A stretch of 57,809 nt of DNA, taken from contig JAZDHP010000029.1 in the NCBI GenBank assembly GCA_043805855.1, positions 1-57,809 on the forward strand, read 5' to 3'. Position numbers and translations under genes: made by a program. Positions 1 to 8,166 of the stretch are shown here, in pieces. The notes beneath the pieces are model-generated. The model searched no databases, was not told where the DNA came from, and saw only the letters and a program-made list of their open reading frames with translations. The DNA comes from Candidatus Micrarchaeota archaeon. GTDB lineage: Archaea; Micrarchaeota; Micrarchaeia; Norongarragalinales; UBA8480. Position 1 is the first letter of the stretch. Each line of letters begins with the position of its first letter.

Positions 1-188
1 TTGAAAAAACTCGGAGCCAAGCGAAGCACAAGTTTGGTAAAATCTGAATAAGACCTCGCAGGTCCTGGTTTGAGTTTCGGAACCGCTGATTGTTTTATTT
101 GATCTGAAATCTCACCAACGTGACTTACAATAGCTGACAAATCCTCAAAACGTCGAGAAGCAAAATAATTTGAAAGAGCAGCTTGCAT
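1..188 (-). CDS. hypothetical protein, N-terminal part only (runs off the window start)
   Basis: Complement ATG at 188-186 opens the frame MQAALSNYFASRRFEDLSAIVSHVGEISDQ..., which stays open to position 1. No SD and no recognisable motif. Confidence 0.2.
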   Translation of the reverse strand, partial: MQAALSNYFASRRFEDLSAIVSHVGEISDQIKQSAVPKLKPGPARSYSDFTKLVLRLAPSFF

Positions 189-232
189 TAAAAAAATAGA
201 ATAAGCGAAAATAACAACCTTTCCCTAGCGCC

Positions 233-1102
233 ATGCACTTGCGTTTTATTAAAGTTAAAACGCTAAACAACATCGTGACAAAAACACACTTAGCAACTGA
301 CCAGATTGGTACAATTGCAATTATAGAAATTCCCCCCGGGACTAAATCAACAGCAGCGAAGCAAATCGCGAACGAAATTCTGGCGAGTAACAAACACATC
401 GAAACAGTATGCGCAAAGCAAGGAGCAATGCATGGAGTTTACCGCGTATGGAAGTTAAAACACCTAGCTGGAAAGAAAACAACTAAAACTACTTATCGCG
501 AAAACAATTGCACTTTTGAACTCGACGCCGCAAAGGTTTACTTTTCACCACGCTTGGCTTTTGAACGCCAGCGCATTGCACAAGAAGTTAAAAACGGCGA
601 GAAAATCCTCGTGCTATTTGCCGGAGTTGCGCCATTTTCCATAATAATTGCAAAAACTCTCAAGGCAAAACACGAAACAGCACACATTATTTCCAACGAG
701 TTGAATCCAGCTGCGGTAAAGTACGCTGTGAAAAACATCACTGCGAATAAAGTTAGCGAAATGGTTACAAGCGTAAAAGGCGACGCAGCGAAAATATTAA
801 AAAAATATCCGCGGTGGGCGAATAGAATTGTAATGCCTTTGCCGCATAGCGCAATTGACTTCTTACCGCAGGTTATTGACGCAGCTGCGCCTGGTTGCAT
901 AGTACACTTTTACGGGTTCGGCCCACACCGCAGCGAAAAGACAAAGCGCAAGACAAATCCATTTAGAGAATTGGAAAATAAAATAAAAAAAGAGTGCAAA
1001 AAGAAAAAAAGAAAGTGCAAAATTGTTTTCAAGCGAATTGTGCGGCCCTATTCTCCTTTTTCAGTGCAAGTTGTGATTGACTTTAAAATAGATAAAACAT
1101 GA
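233..1102 (+). CDS. Met-10+/Trm5-Taw2-like SAM-dependent tRNA methyltransferase
   Basis: FSPRLAFERQRIA..., ILVLFAGVAPFSI, NELNPAAV, GDA and IVMPLP occur in the order typical of Trm5/Tyw2-family enzymes. The Lys-rich C-terminal tail overlaps a 23-bp repeat. Confidence 0.7.
   Translation: MHLRFIKVKTLNNIVTKTHLATDQIGTIAIIEIPPGTKSTAAKQIANEILASNKHIETVCAKQGAMHGVYRVWKLKHLAGKKTTKTTYRENNCTFELDAAKVYFSPRLAFERQRIAQEVKNGEKILVLFAGVAPFSIIIAKTLKAKHETAHIISNELNPAAVKYAVKNITANKVSEMVTSVKGDAAKILKKYPRWANRIVMPLPHSAIDFLPQVIDAAAPGCIVHFYGFGPHRSEKTKRKTNPFRELENKIKKECKKKKRKCKIVFKRIVRPYSPFSVQVVIDFKIDKT
1061..1083. repeat. 23-bp direct repeat, copy 1 (TCAGTGCAAGTTGTGATTGACTT)
   Basis: Identical to 1865..1887. The two copies bracket the VapBC-like cassette. 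Confidence 0.9.
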
Positions 1103-1150
1103 GCAAAAGGTATATTAAGTACATATTGAATATACCTTTAAGGTGGTTTT

Positions 1151-1399
1151 ATGCAGCAAAATGTTGATTTTACAGTTAGGCTAAAAGGCGAAAGCGCAAG
1201 TGTGTTGAACAAACTCGTTAACCAAGGATATTGCGGCTCTAAAACAGAAGCAGTGAGAACAGCGTTGATTAGCTACGCGTTAAAACTCGGTGTTATTTCT
1301 CCAAATGAGTTGTTCAGAAAAACAGCAGAACGGGTAAGTAAAAAGGGATACACTGACGACGAAATAAAAGCACAAATAGCTTCAATTAGGTCAAAATGA
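1151..1399 (+). CDS. antitoxin-like small protein (VapB-type partner)
   Basis: 82 aa with AAGGTGG just upstream. Its stop overlaps the start of the PIN gene (ATGA). Confidence 0.55.
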   Translation: MQQNVDFTVRLKGESASVLNKLVNQGYCGSKTEAVRTALISYALKLGVISPNELFRKTAERVSKKGYTDDEIKAQIASIRSK

Positions 1400-1815
1400 A
1401 AATATTTCTAGACACAAGTGTATTCATATGGGCTTACAACCATCCTAAAAGCAATTCAGCACAGATCTTTAAACTAGCAAACAACAAGCAAATAGAAGCC
1501 GCGATAAGCGAAAACGTCTTAATAGAACTAAAAAGGTATTTCGGCACTTATCATGATGAACGAACAGTATACGAAGTAGAGGCGCTAATAACTGAAAAAT
1601 ATGAAATAATTCCAAAGCAACAAATTGAAGCAGAAATGCAAAAGTGGCACGGTAAAATAAAAGAAAAAGACTTGGAACATCTTGCAACAGTAAAACACTT
1701 GAAAATTGATACGCTTGTTGCGTTTGACCGCGACTACGAACCGTTTCCAGAATACATTACGCCAAAACAATTCTTGAAAAAACTTGGAATAAAAACAAGT
1801 GAAACGGAATATTAA
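1396..1815 (+). CDS. PIN-domain toxin (VapC-like)
   Basis: N-terminal IFLDTSVFI with the conserved Asp, plus a late acidic residue (AFDRD). Translationally coupled to the upstream small gene. Confidence 0.7.
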   Translation: MKIFLDTSVFIWAYNHPKSNSAQIFKLANNKQIEAAISENVLIELKRYFGTYHDERTVYEVEALITEKYEIIPKQQIEAEMQKWHGKIKEKDLEHLATVKHLKIDTLVAFDRDYEPFPEYITPKQFLKKLGIKTSETEY

Positions 1816-1832
1816 AAAGCGCAAAATTGTTT

Positions 1833-2777
1833 TTACGCGCGTTGTTCAACTGTGCCCGCCATTCTCAGTGCAAGTTGTGATTGACTTCGTGACATTCTAA
1901 CTGACCGCGCGCGTCTTTCCATTCGGTTAAGAGTTGCTTTTACATTTTGCTTTTTACATTTGTGCGCGTCTGCTATGTCTTGCAACGAATGATTGTAAGC
2001 GTGATGGAGTGTCCAGAAAATTAAATTCCGCTTAGGTAAGTTAAGCTTAATTAACTGGGCTAACTTATCTGAAACTGCTTCTGGGTCAAAAGCAGGCACG
2101 CCGCGCATATCGTGGCCAGTTCTTTCATCTTTACTAGAACGCCGTGCATCTAGAGAAGATAAACGTCGCCTGGCACGAATTTCTTTTCCAACCGCGCGTC
2201 TAATTGCAGTGGACATTTTAAGAGTTGCATACGTAGAAAAACTACCTTTAGCCGGGTTGTGTAATTCCAAAGCGCGTAAAGCCGCTTGCCTGGCAATTGA
2301 CTTCGCTTCATCTTTTTTTAGAAAAGGACTCCATGGCGGCACAATTCCCTTGCGCCTTCCGCCGCCGTGAAGCGCCCACATTATCAAACCTTCACAACCA
2401 ACTAATTGTTCATTTGAAACTAGGTTACGGTTAGGTAAACGAGATTGACTGAACCGAGTAGTCTGTTCAACTAAACCGCGCGCTTTTAACAAACTCAACG
2501 CACTGTAAACTCGCGCGTGGTATTTTTTTAACAAAGGCGGCCGAACTTTAACTTTATCTTCTTCCATTAACGCCCTGGCAATTTTTTTTAGTTGAAATTG
2601 ACCGTGCAAGTGCTGCGGTGCAAGTTTCAAAACTCTAGTTGTAAAAGGAGAAAGAGGGAGTTTATACTCTCTTTTTGGTCGAGAAGCTTTAAGCCGCCTA
2701 ATTTTCTGCGAAAGTCGATCAGCTTCACTAAGGATATCTTCAACTGCATTTAATCGCGACTGTACAACGGCAACCAT
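1833..2777 (-). CDS. sigma-70-family-like protein (region 2 and region 4 like) with an N-terminal wHTH-like segment
   Basis: ALELHNPAKGSFSTYATLKMSTAIRRAV resembles sigma-70 region 2.1-2.2 (..FD..G.KFSTYATWWIRQAI.RAI). The C-terminal SLQDIADAHKCKKQNVKATLNRMERRAR resembles the region 4.2 HTH. Confidence 0.5.
   Translation of the reverse strand: MVAVVQSRLNAVEDILSEADRLSQKIRRLKASRPKREYKLPLSPFTTRVLKLAPQHLHGQFQLKKIARALMEEDKVKVRPPLLKKYHARVYSALSLLKARGLVEQTTRFSQSRLPNRNLVSNEQLVGCEGLIMWALHGGGRRKGIVPPWSPFLKKDEAKSIARQAALRALELHNPAKGSFSTYATLKMSTAIRRAVGKEIRARRRLSSLDARRSSKDERTGHDMRGVPAFDPEAVSDKLAQLIKLNLPKRNLIFWTLHHAYNHSLQDIADAHKCKKQNVKATLNRMERRARSVRMSRSQSQLALRMAGTVEQRA
1865..1887. repeat. 23-bp direct repeat, copy 2
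   Basis: Identical to 1061..1083. Lies inside the 3' end of the minus-strand gene 1833..2777. Confidence 0.9.
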
Positions 2778-2819
2778 AAAATAAAATAGAACAACGTGGT
2801 TTAAACTGGTTTTGCTAAA

Positions 2820-3590
2820 TTACACGCGAAACTTTGCATAGCGGGCGTTCAATGTAAAATTGTGATTATGTTTTTGGTCAAAAAAGCCTAGCACGTGAAC
2901 TGGATTAACAGTTCCGCCTTGCTTGTCAGTGCCAAAAAGGGGATGAAGCACTTCCCCGTCCCCGCCGTCTCTCGAATGCGCTTCTTCCCATATTTCTCTA
3001 GGAATTTCAAGCACAACAACTGCATCGCTACCTTTGTGTTTTTTGTGATAATTTGCAAGCGCTTGTGCAACGTCGCGCGGTTGCCAAGTTGCAGTGCTTT
3101 GAAGCGACAGTGAGTTGTGCAACCCGACTCGAATTATTTTACGCGCTGTTTCAACGTTCGTGCGGTGTAAGAAACGCGGAGCATGCGGCGCAGAAACTAC
3201 AATGCGCTGGAGAAGCTGCGGGTGGTTTACCTCACGTTGAAAAATCTCTTGAAGTTTGTCTAGAATTTCGTTAACGTTTTTACGTTGACTAACATGAGAA
3301 GCAAACAAAGGAGAACCATAGTGTTGTAAGCGAATGTAATCGTACAACTGGCGTGCTTTCATAAATACAAAGGTTGACTTTACTGGATCGGTTAAATTAT
3401 CATGGTGAAATCTATCCAACTCGCTAACAACCACCACATCGGCAGCAGTAATGTCTTTTAAATCATATTCAGCACTTCGGCTAAACCACTTCCAATCCCC
3501 GAGTCCATTTTCCCTTTTCTTAGTAGACAACGCGCGAAGCTCGTGTACAATTGTTGGACGAAACCAAGACATTAAAAAGAAATAGAACAA
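2820..3590 (-). CDS. hypothetical protein
   Basis: Long ORF with consistent coding composition. The start may be the internal Met near 3572. No secure family motif. Confidence 0.5.
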   Translation of the reverse strand: MFYFFLMSWFRPTIVHELRALSTKKRENGLGDWKWFSRSAEYDLKDITAADVVVVSELDRFHHDNLTDPVKSTFVFMKARQLYDYIRLQHYGSPLFASHVSQRKNVNEILDKLQEIFQREVNHPQLLQRIVVSAPHAPRFLHRTNVETARKIIRVGLHNSLSLQSTATWQPRDVAQALANYHKKHKGSDAVVVLEIPREIWEEAHSRDGGDGEVLHPLFGTDKQGGTVNPVHVLGFFDQKHNHNFTLNARYAKFRV

Positions 3591-3634
3591 ACTAAAATTT
3601 ATTACAAGCAGATAGCAGAGGTTGTAATGAAAGA

Positions 3635-3755
3635 GTGATAGCAGCAGCGTCTTTTCCCGTTTTGAAAAACAGTACTTGGGCCGCCGTTAGAGTGCTTGAC
3701 TTCCAGGTTCGAAATGGGACTGGGTATTACCACTCTCCTATGACCGCTATCGCTA
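3635..3755 (-). rRNA. rrf: 5S rRNA (orphan, not in an rRNA operon)
   Basis: The reverse complement contains CCCAGTCCCATTTCGAACCTGGAAGTCAAGC, matching the conserved 5S CCCATCCCGAAC..GGAAGTTAAGC block. The termini pair (GATAGCGG / CTGCTATC). Ends are good to about +/-5 nt. Confidence 0.8.
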
Positions 3756-3806
3756 CTTAAAAGAAGGAAAAGAGTATAAAAACATTCTCTTGGTTAACTA
3801 ATTCTA

Positions 3807-4667
3807 ATGACTAGTTATATGCGCCGTGTAGAACCCGGAAAAAGTGTTATACTTCCAGAAAGTGGACGAGCGTATCGTAAGATTGTCCCGCGTCAAAAAG
3901 GCGCGTTTAACGTTTATACCTTTGCTCCCGGGCTCAGGACAATTATTAGAAGAAGATTTGAAAGACAATTATTTAATGCAGATTGGGAGTTAAAGGAAGA
4001 TTTGTCAACTCGTTCAAGCAGTGCGGGTACTTTCAAGTACACAAACGGTACAAATGAGCTACTTTTGCGGCCGGCGGTTAAACTAGAATTTTTGAAATTA
4101 TACCATCGACTGTACGCCGCTAGGGTGCGTTTTGAAGAACCAGTTGCTTTTTCAATCGCTGGAAATAAAGGCGAGTTAATAACCCGCATAAAAAATCAGA
4201 AAGAAGCAGCAAGTAGCGCACAGTTTAATCAAAATGAAGCGTTCGGAAAACAAACAGCGAGGCGCATTTTTTACGAGCTAGGCAAAATGCACGGCGCCGG
4301 CGTAGCTCACGGCCATCCTCACCTCGCTAATATTTTACTTGACGAAAAAGGCAACGTTACTTTAATTGACCCAAAGTTTCTATGCAATATAAACGCGAAG
4401 AGTTCACCACAATTAAACACCATTTTCCCACGCAGAGCCATACAACTGGCTCAAACAATCAGCGGAAAGGTATCTCTTAACAAAACCCGCGACATTGCGC
4501 GGCTTCTAATGGAGTTAAACGCTGAAGAAACCATGCGAGGCGTGAAGCGCACTTGGGGAATAAAAACAACCGTTGAATTAAAAGAAGCTGCAGCAGCGTA
4601 CAATAAAGGAGTAAAAGAAGGCAAACGCAAAACACGTTGGCTACGCGCAACGGATTGGCTACAGTAG
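3807..4667 (+). CDS. kinase-fold (RIO/Bud32/Kdo-like) protein with an atypical catalytic loop
   Basis: MHGAGVAHGHPHLANILLDEKGNVTLIDPKF matches the HxDxxxxN...ID kinase core, but His replaces the catalytic Asp. Paralogous to 22547..23341. Confidence 0.55.
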   Translation: MTSYMRRVEPGKSVILPESGRAYRKIVPRQKGAFNVYTFAPGLRTIIRRRFERQLFNADWELKEDLSTRSSSAGTFKYTNGTNELLLRPAVKLEFLKLYHRLYAARVRFEEPVAFSIAGNKGELITRIKNQKEAASSAQFNQNEAFGKQTARRIFYELGKMHGAGVAHGHPHLANILLDEKGNVTLIDPKFLCNINAKSSPQLNTIFPRRAIQLAQTISGKVSLNKTRDIARLLMELNAEETMRGVKRTWGIKTTVELKEAAAAYNKGVKEGKRKTRWLRATDWLQ

Positions 4668-4733
4668 CGAAAGTGAAAAAAGTAAAGCTAAAATAAGAGA
4701 AAAAAGTAAAATAAAAGAAAAAGGTATTCAAAA

Positions 4734-5024
4734 CTACATCATGTAGCCGCGGAGTAACTCAACTGCTCTCTTGATGCTTTGTTCGATTTGCTTTTCGCTT
4801 TTGGCACCTGAGCAGATTACTTTACCGTTCTTAAACAGTAACAGCGTTGTGCCTAGTTCCTTTAGCCTCATTATAGCGCCAGGGAACTGTTCTGGCTCGT
4901 ATTCAACGTTGTCAACTTCCATTGCAATGTTAAAAAGGTCAAGCTCCACCTGGAGATTAGCTGATGCGACTATGTTTTCAACTTTAAACGAACAGTTAAT
5001 TCTCTTTTTAAATTTCTTAGCCAT
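4734..5024 (-). CDS. single-repeat TATA-box-binding-protein domain protein (half-TBP)
   Basis: VENIVASANL..LDL...EYEPEQFPGAIMRL....LLLFKNGKVICSGAKSE matches one TBP repeat (closest to repeat 2), but the protein is only 96 aa. Two TATA-like boxes and AAAGGTG lie upstream. Confidence 0.8.
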   Translation of the reverse strand: MAKKFKKRINCSFKVENIVASANLQVELDLFNIAMEVDNVEYEPEQFPGAIMRLKELGTTLLLFKNGKVICSGAKSEKQIEQSIKRAVELLRGYMM

Positions 5025-5081
5025 AGTGGATACACCTTTTAAAACTAGGCGTCGAGGGTATTTAAAGGCGGTATATAAAGC

Positions 5082-5438
5082 CTACACCACAAGCAGCATC
5101 ATTATGATGAAAATTGCGAATAGCATGTAGCTTTGTGCCGCGATTCCCGCAACTGAACGCGACAACCAAACTAATGCGATTCCAAACACAGCTAGTCCAA
5201 CTAGGCCGCCGCCAATTGCGCCGACGAAAAAGCTAAGCAATACACCTAGCAATTGGGAAATTATCATGAGAAAGCCGGAGAATAAAAGCGTTGGAATGGC
5301 GAATATTGCCGCTGCAGCGGACAAGCCCTGCATATACATTAACACGAACATGAAAACGAGAAAGCCCAGGGCTACGTTAACTACATTAACCTCAGCAGGT
5401 GCACTCATGTACTTACTACCACTGAATAATAGTAACAA
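5082..5438 (-). CDS. small integral membrane protein
   Basis: 118 aa, hydrophobic almost throughout (3-4 predicted TM segments). Confidence 0.55.
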   Translation of the reverse strand: MLLLFSGSKYMSAPAEVNVVNVALGFLVFMFVLMYMQGLSAAAAIFAIPTLLFSGFLMIISQLLGVLLSFFVGAIGGGLVGLAVFGIALVWLSRSVAGIAAQSYMLFAIFIIMMLLVV

Positions 5439-5471
5439 AGTGGTTTTTAAGGATTTTGGTGGCTTTAAACG

Positions 5472-5861
5472 CTATTTACGAGTAAGCTGCGCCCTAATAG
5501 CTTCGTTTAACTTGCGCCGATCCTGCGCACCAAGTCTATTTGTACGTAGTTCAAAATGCCCCTTATCAGCATACGGCGCGTAAAATAAAGTACAGTGGTT
5601 TCCGCCTTTTGTTAAATCTAACTCGGTACTTTTGTTTCTGGGTGCAACGGCAAAGCCTCGTTTTCTTAAGCCAGCATAAATGACATCCATTGCTAAACCA
5701 GTTGGTAAATCACGCACATCAAGATGCACGGTATGCACACGCGTAGTAATTACGTTAGTTGATTCAGCGGCTAATCCAAATCTTTTCAAAATACCATAAT
5801 GGGCGCTTCTTAATCCAGCGCCCTGTTCACCGAGAAAATTAACAATTTCGTGCATTGACAT
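5472..5861 (-). CDS. hypothetical protein
   Basis: 129-aa ORF with an ATG start and no family motif recognised. Confidence 0.5.
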   Translation of the reverse strand: MSMHEIVNFLGEQGAGLRSAHYGILKRFGLAAESTNVITTRVHTVHLDVRDLPTGLAMDVIYAGLRKRGFAVAPRNKSTELDLTKGGNHCTLFYAPYADKGHFELRTNRLGAQDRRKLNEAIRAQLTRK

Positions 5862-6050
5862 TTGAATAATCGCCTCAAAAGAAATATCACAATAAGGAGT
5901 AAAAAGCCTTGCTGCGCTCGTTTTTCTTTTAGCCTACAGTTCGTTTTTGAGAATGAAAGACTTTTATACGCTTGTTGGTCTATCTGTTAATTACTTTTTA
6001 ACTAGGCGGCGAACCGTCTGCGTTGAATTGAACTTTAAAGTGGTTTTACT

Positions 6051-6317
6051 ATGAAGAGGAGTCACGGATATTTATCAAAGCACAGCAGGAAGCTAGGTTC
6101 CGGCAGGAAGACAATTCCCCAGTTGCTGCGCGTTTTCGACGTCGGGGCAAATGTCAGGATAAAAGTTGACGGCGCAAGTGCAAAGGTGCCAATGCGCTTT
6201 AACGGCAGGATTGTCAAAATAACTGCAAGGCAAGGAAAAGGCTACGTTGTTGAATTTAAAGATCTCAACAAGACAAAGAAATTAACCTTGATGCCAATGC
6301 ACTTGGCAACAGTTTAA
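6051..6317 (+). CDS. rpl21e: 50S ribosomal protein L21e
   Basis: MKRSHGY..SKHSRKL and the SH3-like body. First gene of the conserved archaeal rpl21e-rpoF-DUF655-ksgA order. Confidence 0.85.
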   Translation: MKRSHGYLSKHSRKLGSGRKTIPQLLRVFDVGANVRIKVDGASAKVPMRFNGRIVKITARQGKGYVVEFKDLNKTKKLTLMPMHLATV

Positions 6318-6335
6318 AAAAAGGTGGAAGAAAAA

Positions 6336-6794
6336 ATGCAAGTTATTACTGAAAAAATAATCACTGTAAACGAAGCGCACGCGTTGTTAAAGGAAAGGCA
6401 AAAACAAGGAAACTTGTCCTACGAACAGCAAAACACACTAAATTATTTTGAAGACTTGCTAAAAATAGACGACAAAGACGCTGCGAAGATGGTTAAGGAG
6501 TTAATGGACGCTGGCTTAACTCAATGGCAAGCTGTAAAAGTAACTGATTTGCTTCCAAAGAAAGAAGAGGAGCTAAAGGCAATACTCGCTGGAAGCGGCG
6601 CAATTGACGCAAGTAAATTAAAAAGTGCTTTTGAAATTGTTAAGAGTTACCGCAAAGACTCAAAGGAACCTGCAAAAACTAGAAAAATAGAACCGACTAA
6701 ACAAGAAGCAGCACCTGAAGGAGAACAAACTGCAGCAGCAAAACAAGAAGCAGACAGTAATGACGGCGAACCAACTGCAAAAGAAGGAGAATAA
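6336..6794 (+). CDS. rpoF: DNA-directed RNA polymerase subunit F (Rpo4)
   Basis: Rpb4/RpoF-like helical body at the expected position after rpl21e. GGTGG lies 8 nt before the ATG at 6336. Acidic low-complexity C-terminal tail. Confidence 0.75.
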   Translation: MQVITEKIITVNEAHALLKERQKQGNLSYEQQNTLNYFEDLLKIDDKDAAKMVKELMDAGLTQWQAVKVTDLLPKKEEELKAILAGSGAIDASKLKSAFEIVKSYRKDSKEPAKTRKIEPTKQEAAPEGEQTAAAKQEADSNDGEPTAKEGE

Positions 6795-6853
6795 GTAAAT
6801 TTTTATGTTACAAGAACAAAAAGAAGTAGTAAGAGAAATGGAAAGTGTTTGTA

Positions 6854-7438
6854 ATGATTCCAAGGAAAGAAGAATTTGTAATTGTGCTGGACTTTTTGCC
6901 ACACGGCAAGTCAAGCGAAGCAATGAAAGAACCAGTTGCACAAGTACTTGGAGAGTTCAACTTCACGCTGCTTGAAGTTGTAACAAGACCAATTCTGCCA
7001 ATAGAGTCAAAGCAACGCATTTACATTGGCAAAGACGAACGCAAAGAAGTTGACCACATTAAAGGCAGAATTGAATACAATCAACTTACTTCCAATGCAC
7101 AGGCTAATTTACACGACGCAGTGCACAGCGTAATTTTACAAAGAGAAGCTGATTTTGTCGCTTTTATCAACCGAGCTGGGCCAATTAGCATACGCAGCCA
7201 CATGCTTGAATTACTCCCTGGAATTGGAAAGAAACACTTAGATGCAATCATGGCAGCGCGCAGTGCAAAGCCGTTTGAAAACTTCAAGGATTTCCACGAG
7301 CGAGTAGCCCACGTTACTAGCATTGATGAGGTATTTACGCAAAGGATAATTGAAGAATTGAAGGGAGAGAGCAAGTACCACTTATTTACAAAGAGTCCAA
7401 AGCGCGAAGATGAACGAGAAGAAAGACAGTGGCGCTAA
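6854..7438 (+). CDS. DUF655-family HhH nucleic-acid-binding protein
   Basis: EEFVIVLDFLPHGK... N-terminus and the C-terminal LELLPGIGKKHLDAI helix-hairpin-helix. Conserved neighbour of rpoF and ksgA. Confidence 0.7.
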   Translation: MIPRKEEFVIVLDFLPHGKSSEAMKEPVAQVLGEFNFTLLEVVTRPILPIESKQRIYIGKDERKEVDHIKGRIEYNQLTSNAQANLHDAVHSVILQREADFVAFINRAGPISIRSHMLELLPGIGKKHLDAIMAARSAKPFENFKDFHERVAHVTSIDEVFTQRIIEELKGESKYHLFTKSPKREDEREERQWR

Positions 7439-8166
7439 TGAGCGAAATAACGCCGCGTAAAGAACTCGGACAAAACTTCTTGACAAGCGAAGAAATTGCA
7501 ATTCAAATAGCGGAGCTCGTACCAACAAAAGGAAAAGTGTTAGAAATCGGCCCGGGCTTAGGCGCGTTGACAGAACACCTTGCGAAAAGAGTAAGCGATT
7601 TAACTGTTGTTGAAATTGACCCGCAATTGATAGAGATACTTCATAGGAAGTTGCCAGCAAGTGTTGAAATAATTCACAACAACTGCATGAAAGAAGATTA
7701 TTCACAATACGATGCAATTGTTGGATTACTTCCCTACAACCTTTCTTCACAGATAATTGAAAAGTTCACCGTAAGCACCGCGAAAACCGCAGTGTTTGTT
7801 ATACAAAAGGAACTAGCTGAGCGAGTTGTTGCGCCTGCCGGTACACGAGACTACTCTCGCTTCAGTGTACTGTGCCAAAACAACTGCAACTGCGAATTAA
7901 TTGAAACTTACCCACCGGAAGTATCCTGGCCAGCGCCGCAAGTGCACAGCTCACTGGTCGTAATGAAGAAAAAGAAACCAATTGCGCTTAACCAACAACT
8001 TGTAAACGCGCTGTTCCAGCACAAGAATCAAAACGTGAGAAAAGCATTGAAACACTCGCGGCATTTACTGAAAATAGATGAAACAAAAATCTCACAAACA
8101 CTACTAGAAAAGAAAGTAGTACAGTTGACAATTCAAGAGCTAAGCGAAATGGGCAAACTAATTTAG
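7438..8166 (+). CDS. ksgA: 16S rRNA (adenine1518/1519-N6)-dimethyltransferase KsgA/Dim1
   Basis: ELGQNFL, VLEIGPGLGALT and LPYN motifs. The ATG overlaps the upstream stop (TAATG). Confidence 0.85.
   Translation: MSEITPRKELGQNFLTSEEIAIQIAELVPTKGKVLEIGPGLGALTEHLAKRVSDLTVVEIDPQLIEILHRKLPASVEIIHNNCMKEDYSQYDAIVGLLPYNLSSQIIEKFTVSTAKTAVFVIQKELAERVVAPAGTRDYSRFSVLCQNNCNCELIETYPPEVSWPAPQVHSSLVVMKKKKPIALNQQLVNALFQHKNQNVRKALKHSRHLLKIDETKISQTLLEKKVVQLTIQELSEMGKLI

Noticed and set aside
2820-3590. Possible ADP-ribosyltransferase-like motif order (FLHRT ... SLSLQSTAT ... VVLEIPRE) in the 256-aa hypothetical protein next to the sigma-like gene.
   Set aside because: It rests on three short, loosely spaced motifs only. 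I cannot align a full ART fold by eye, so it is left as hypothetical.
3635-3755. The 5S rRNA gene stands alone, with no 16S or 23S in the window.
   Set aside because: Unlinked 5S genes are common in many archaea, so this is annotated but not treated as a finding.
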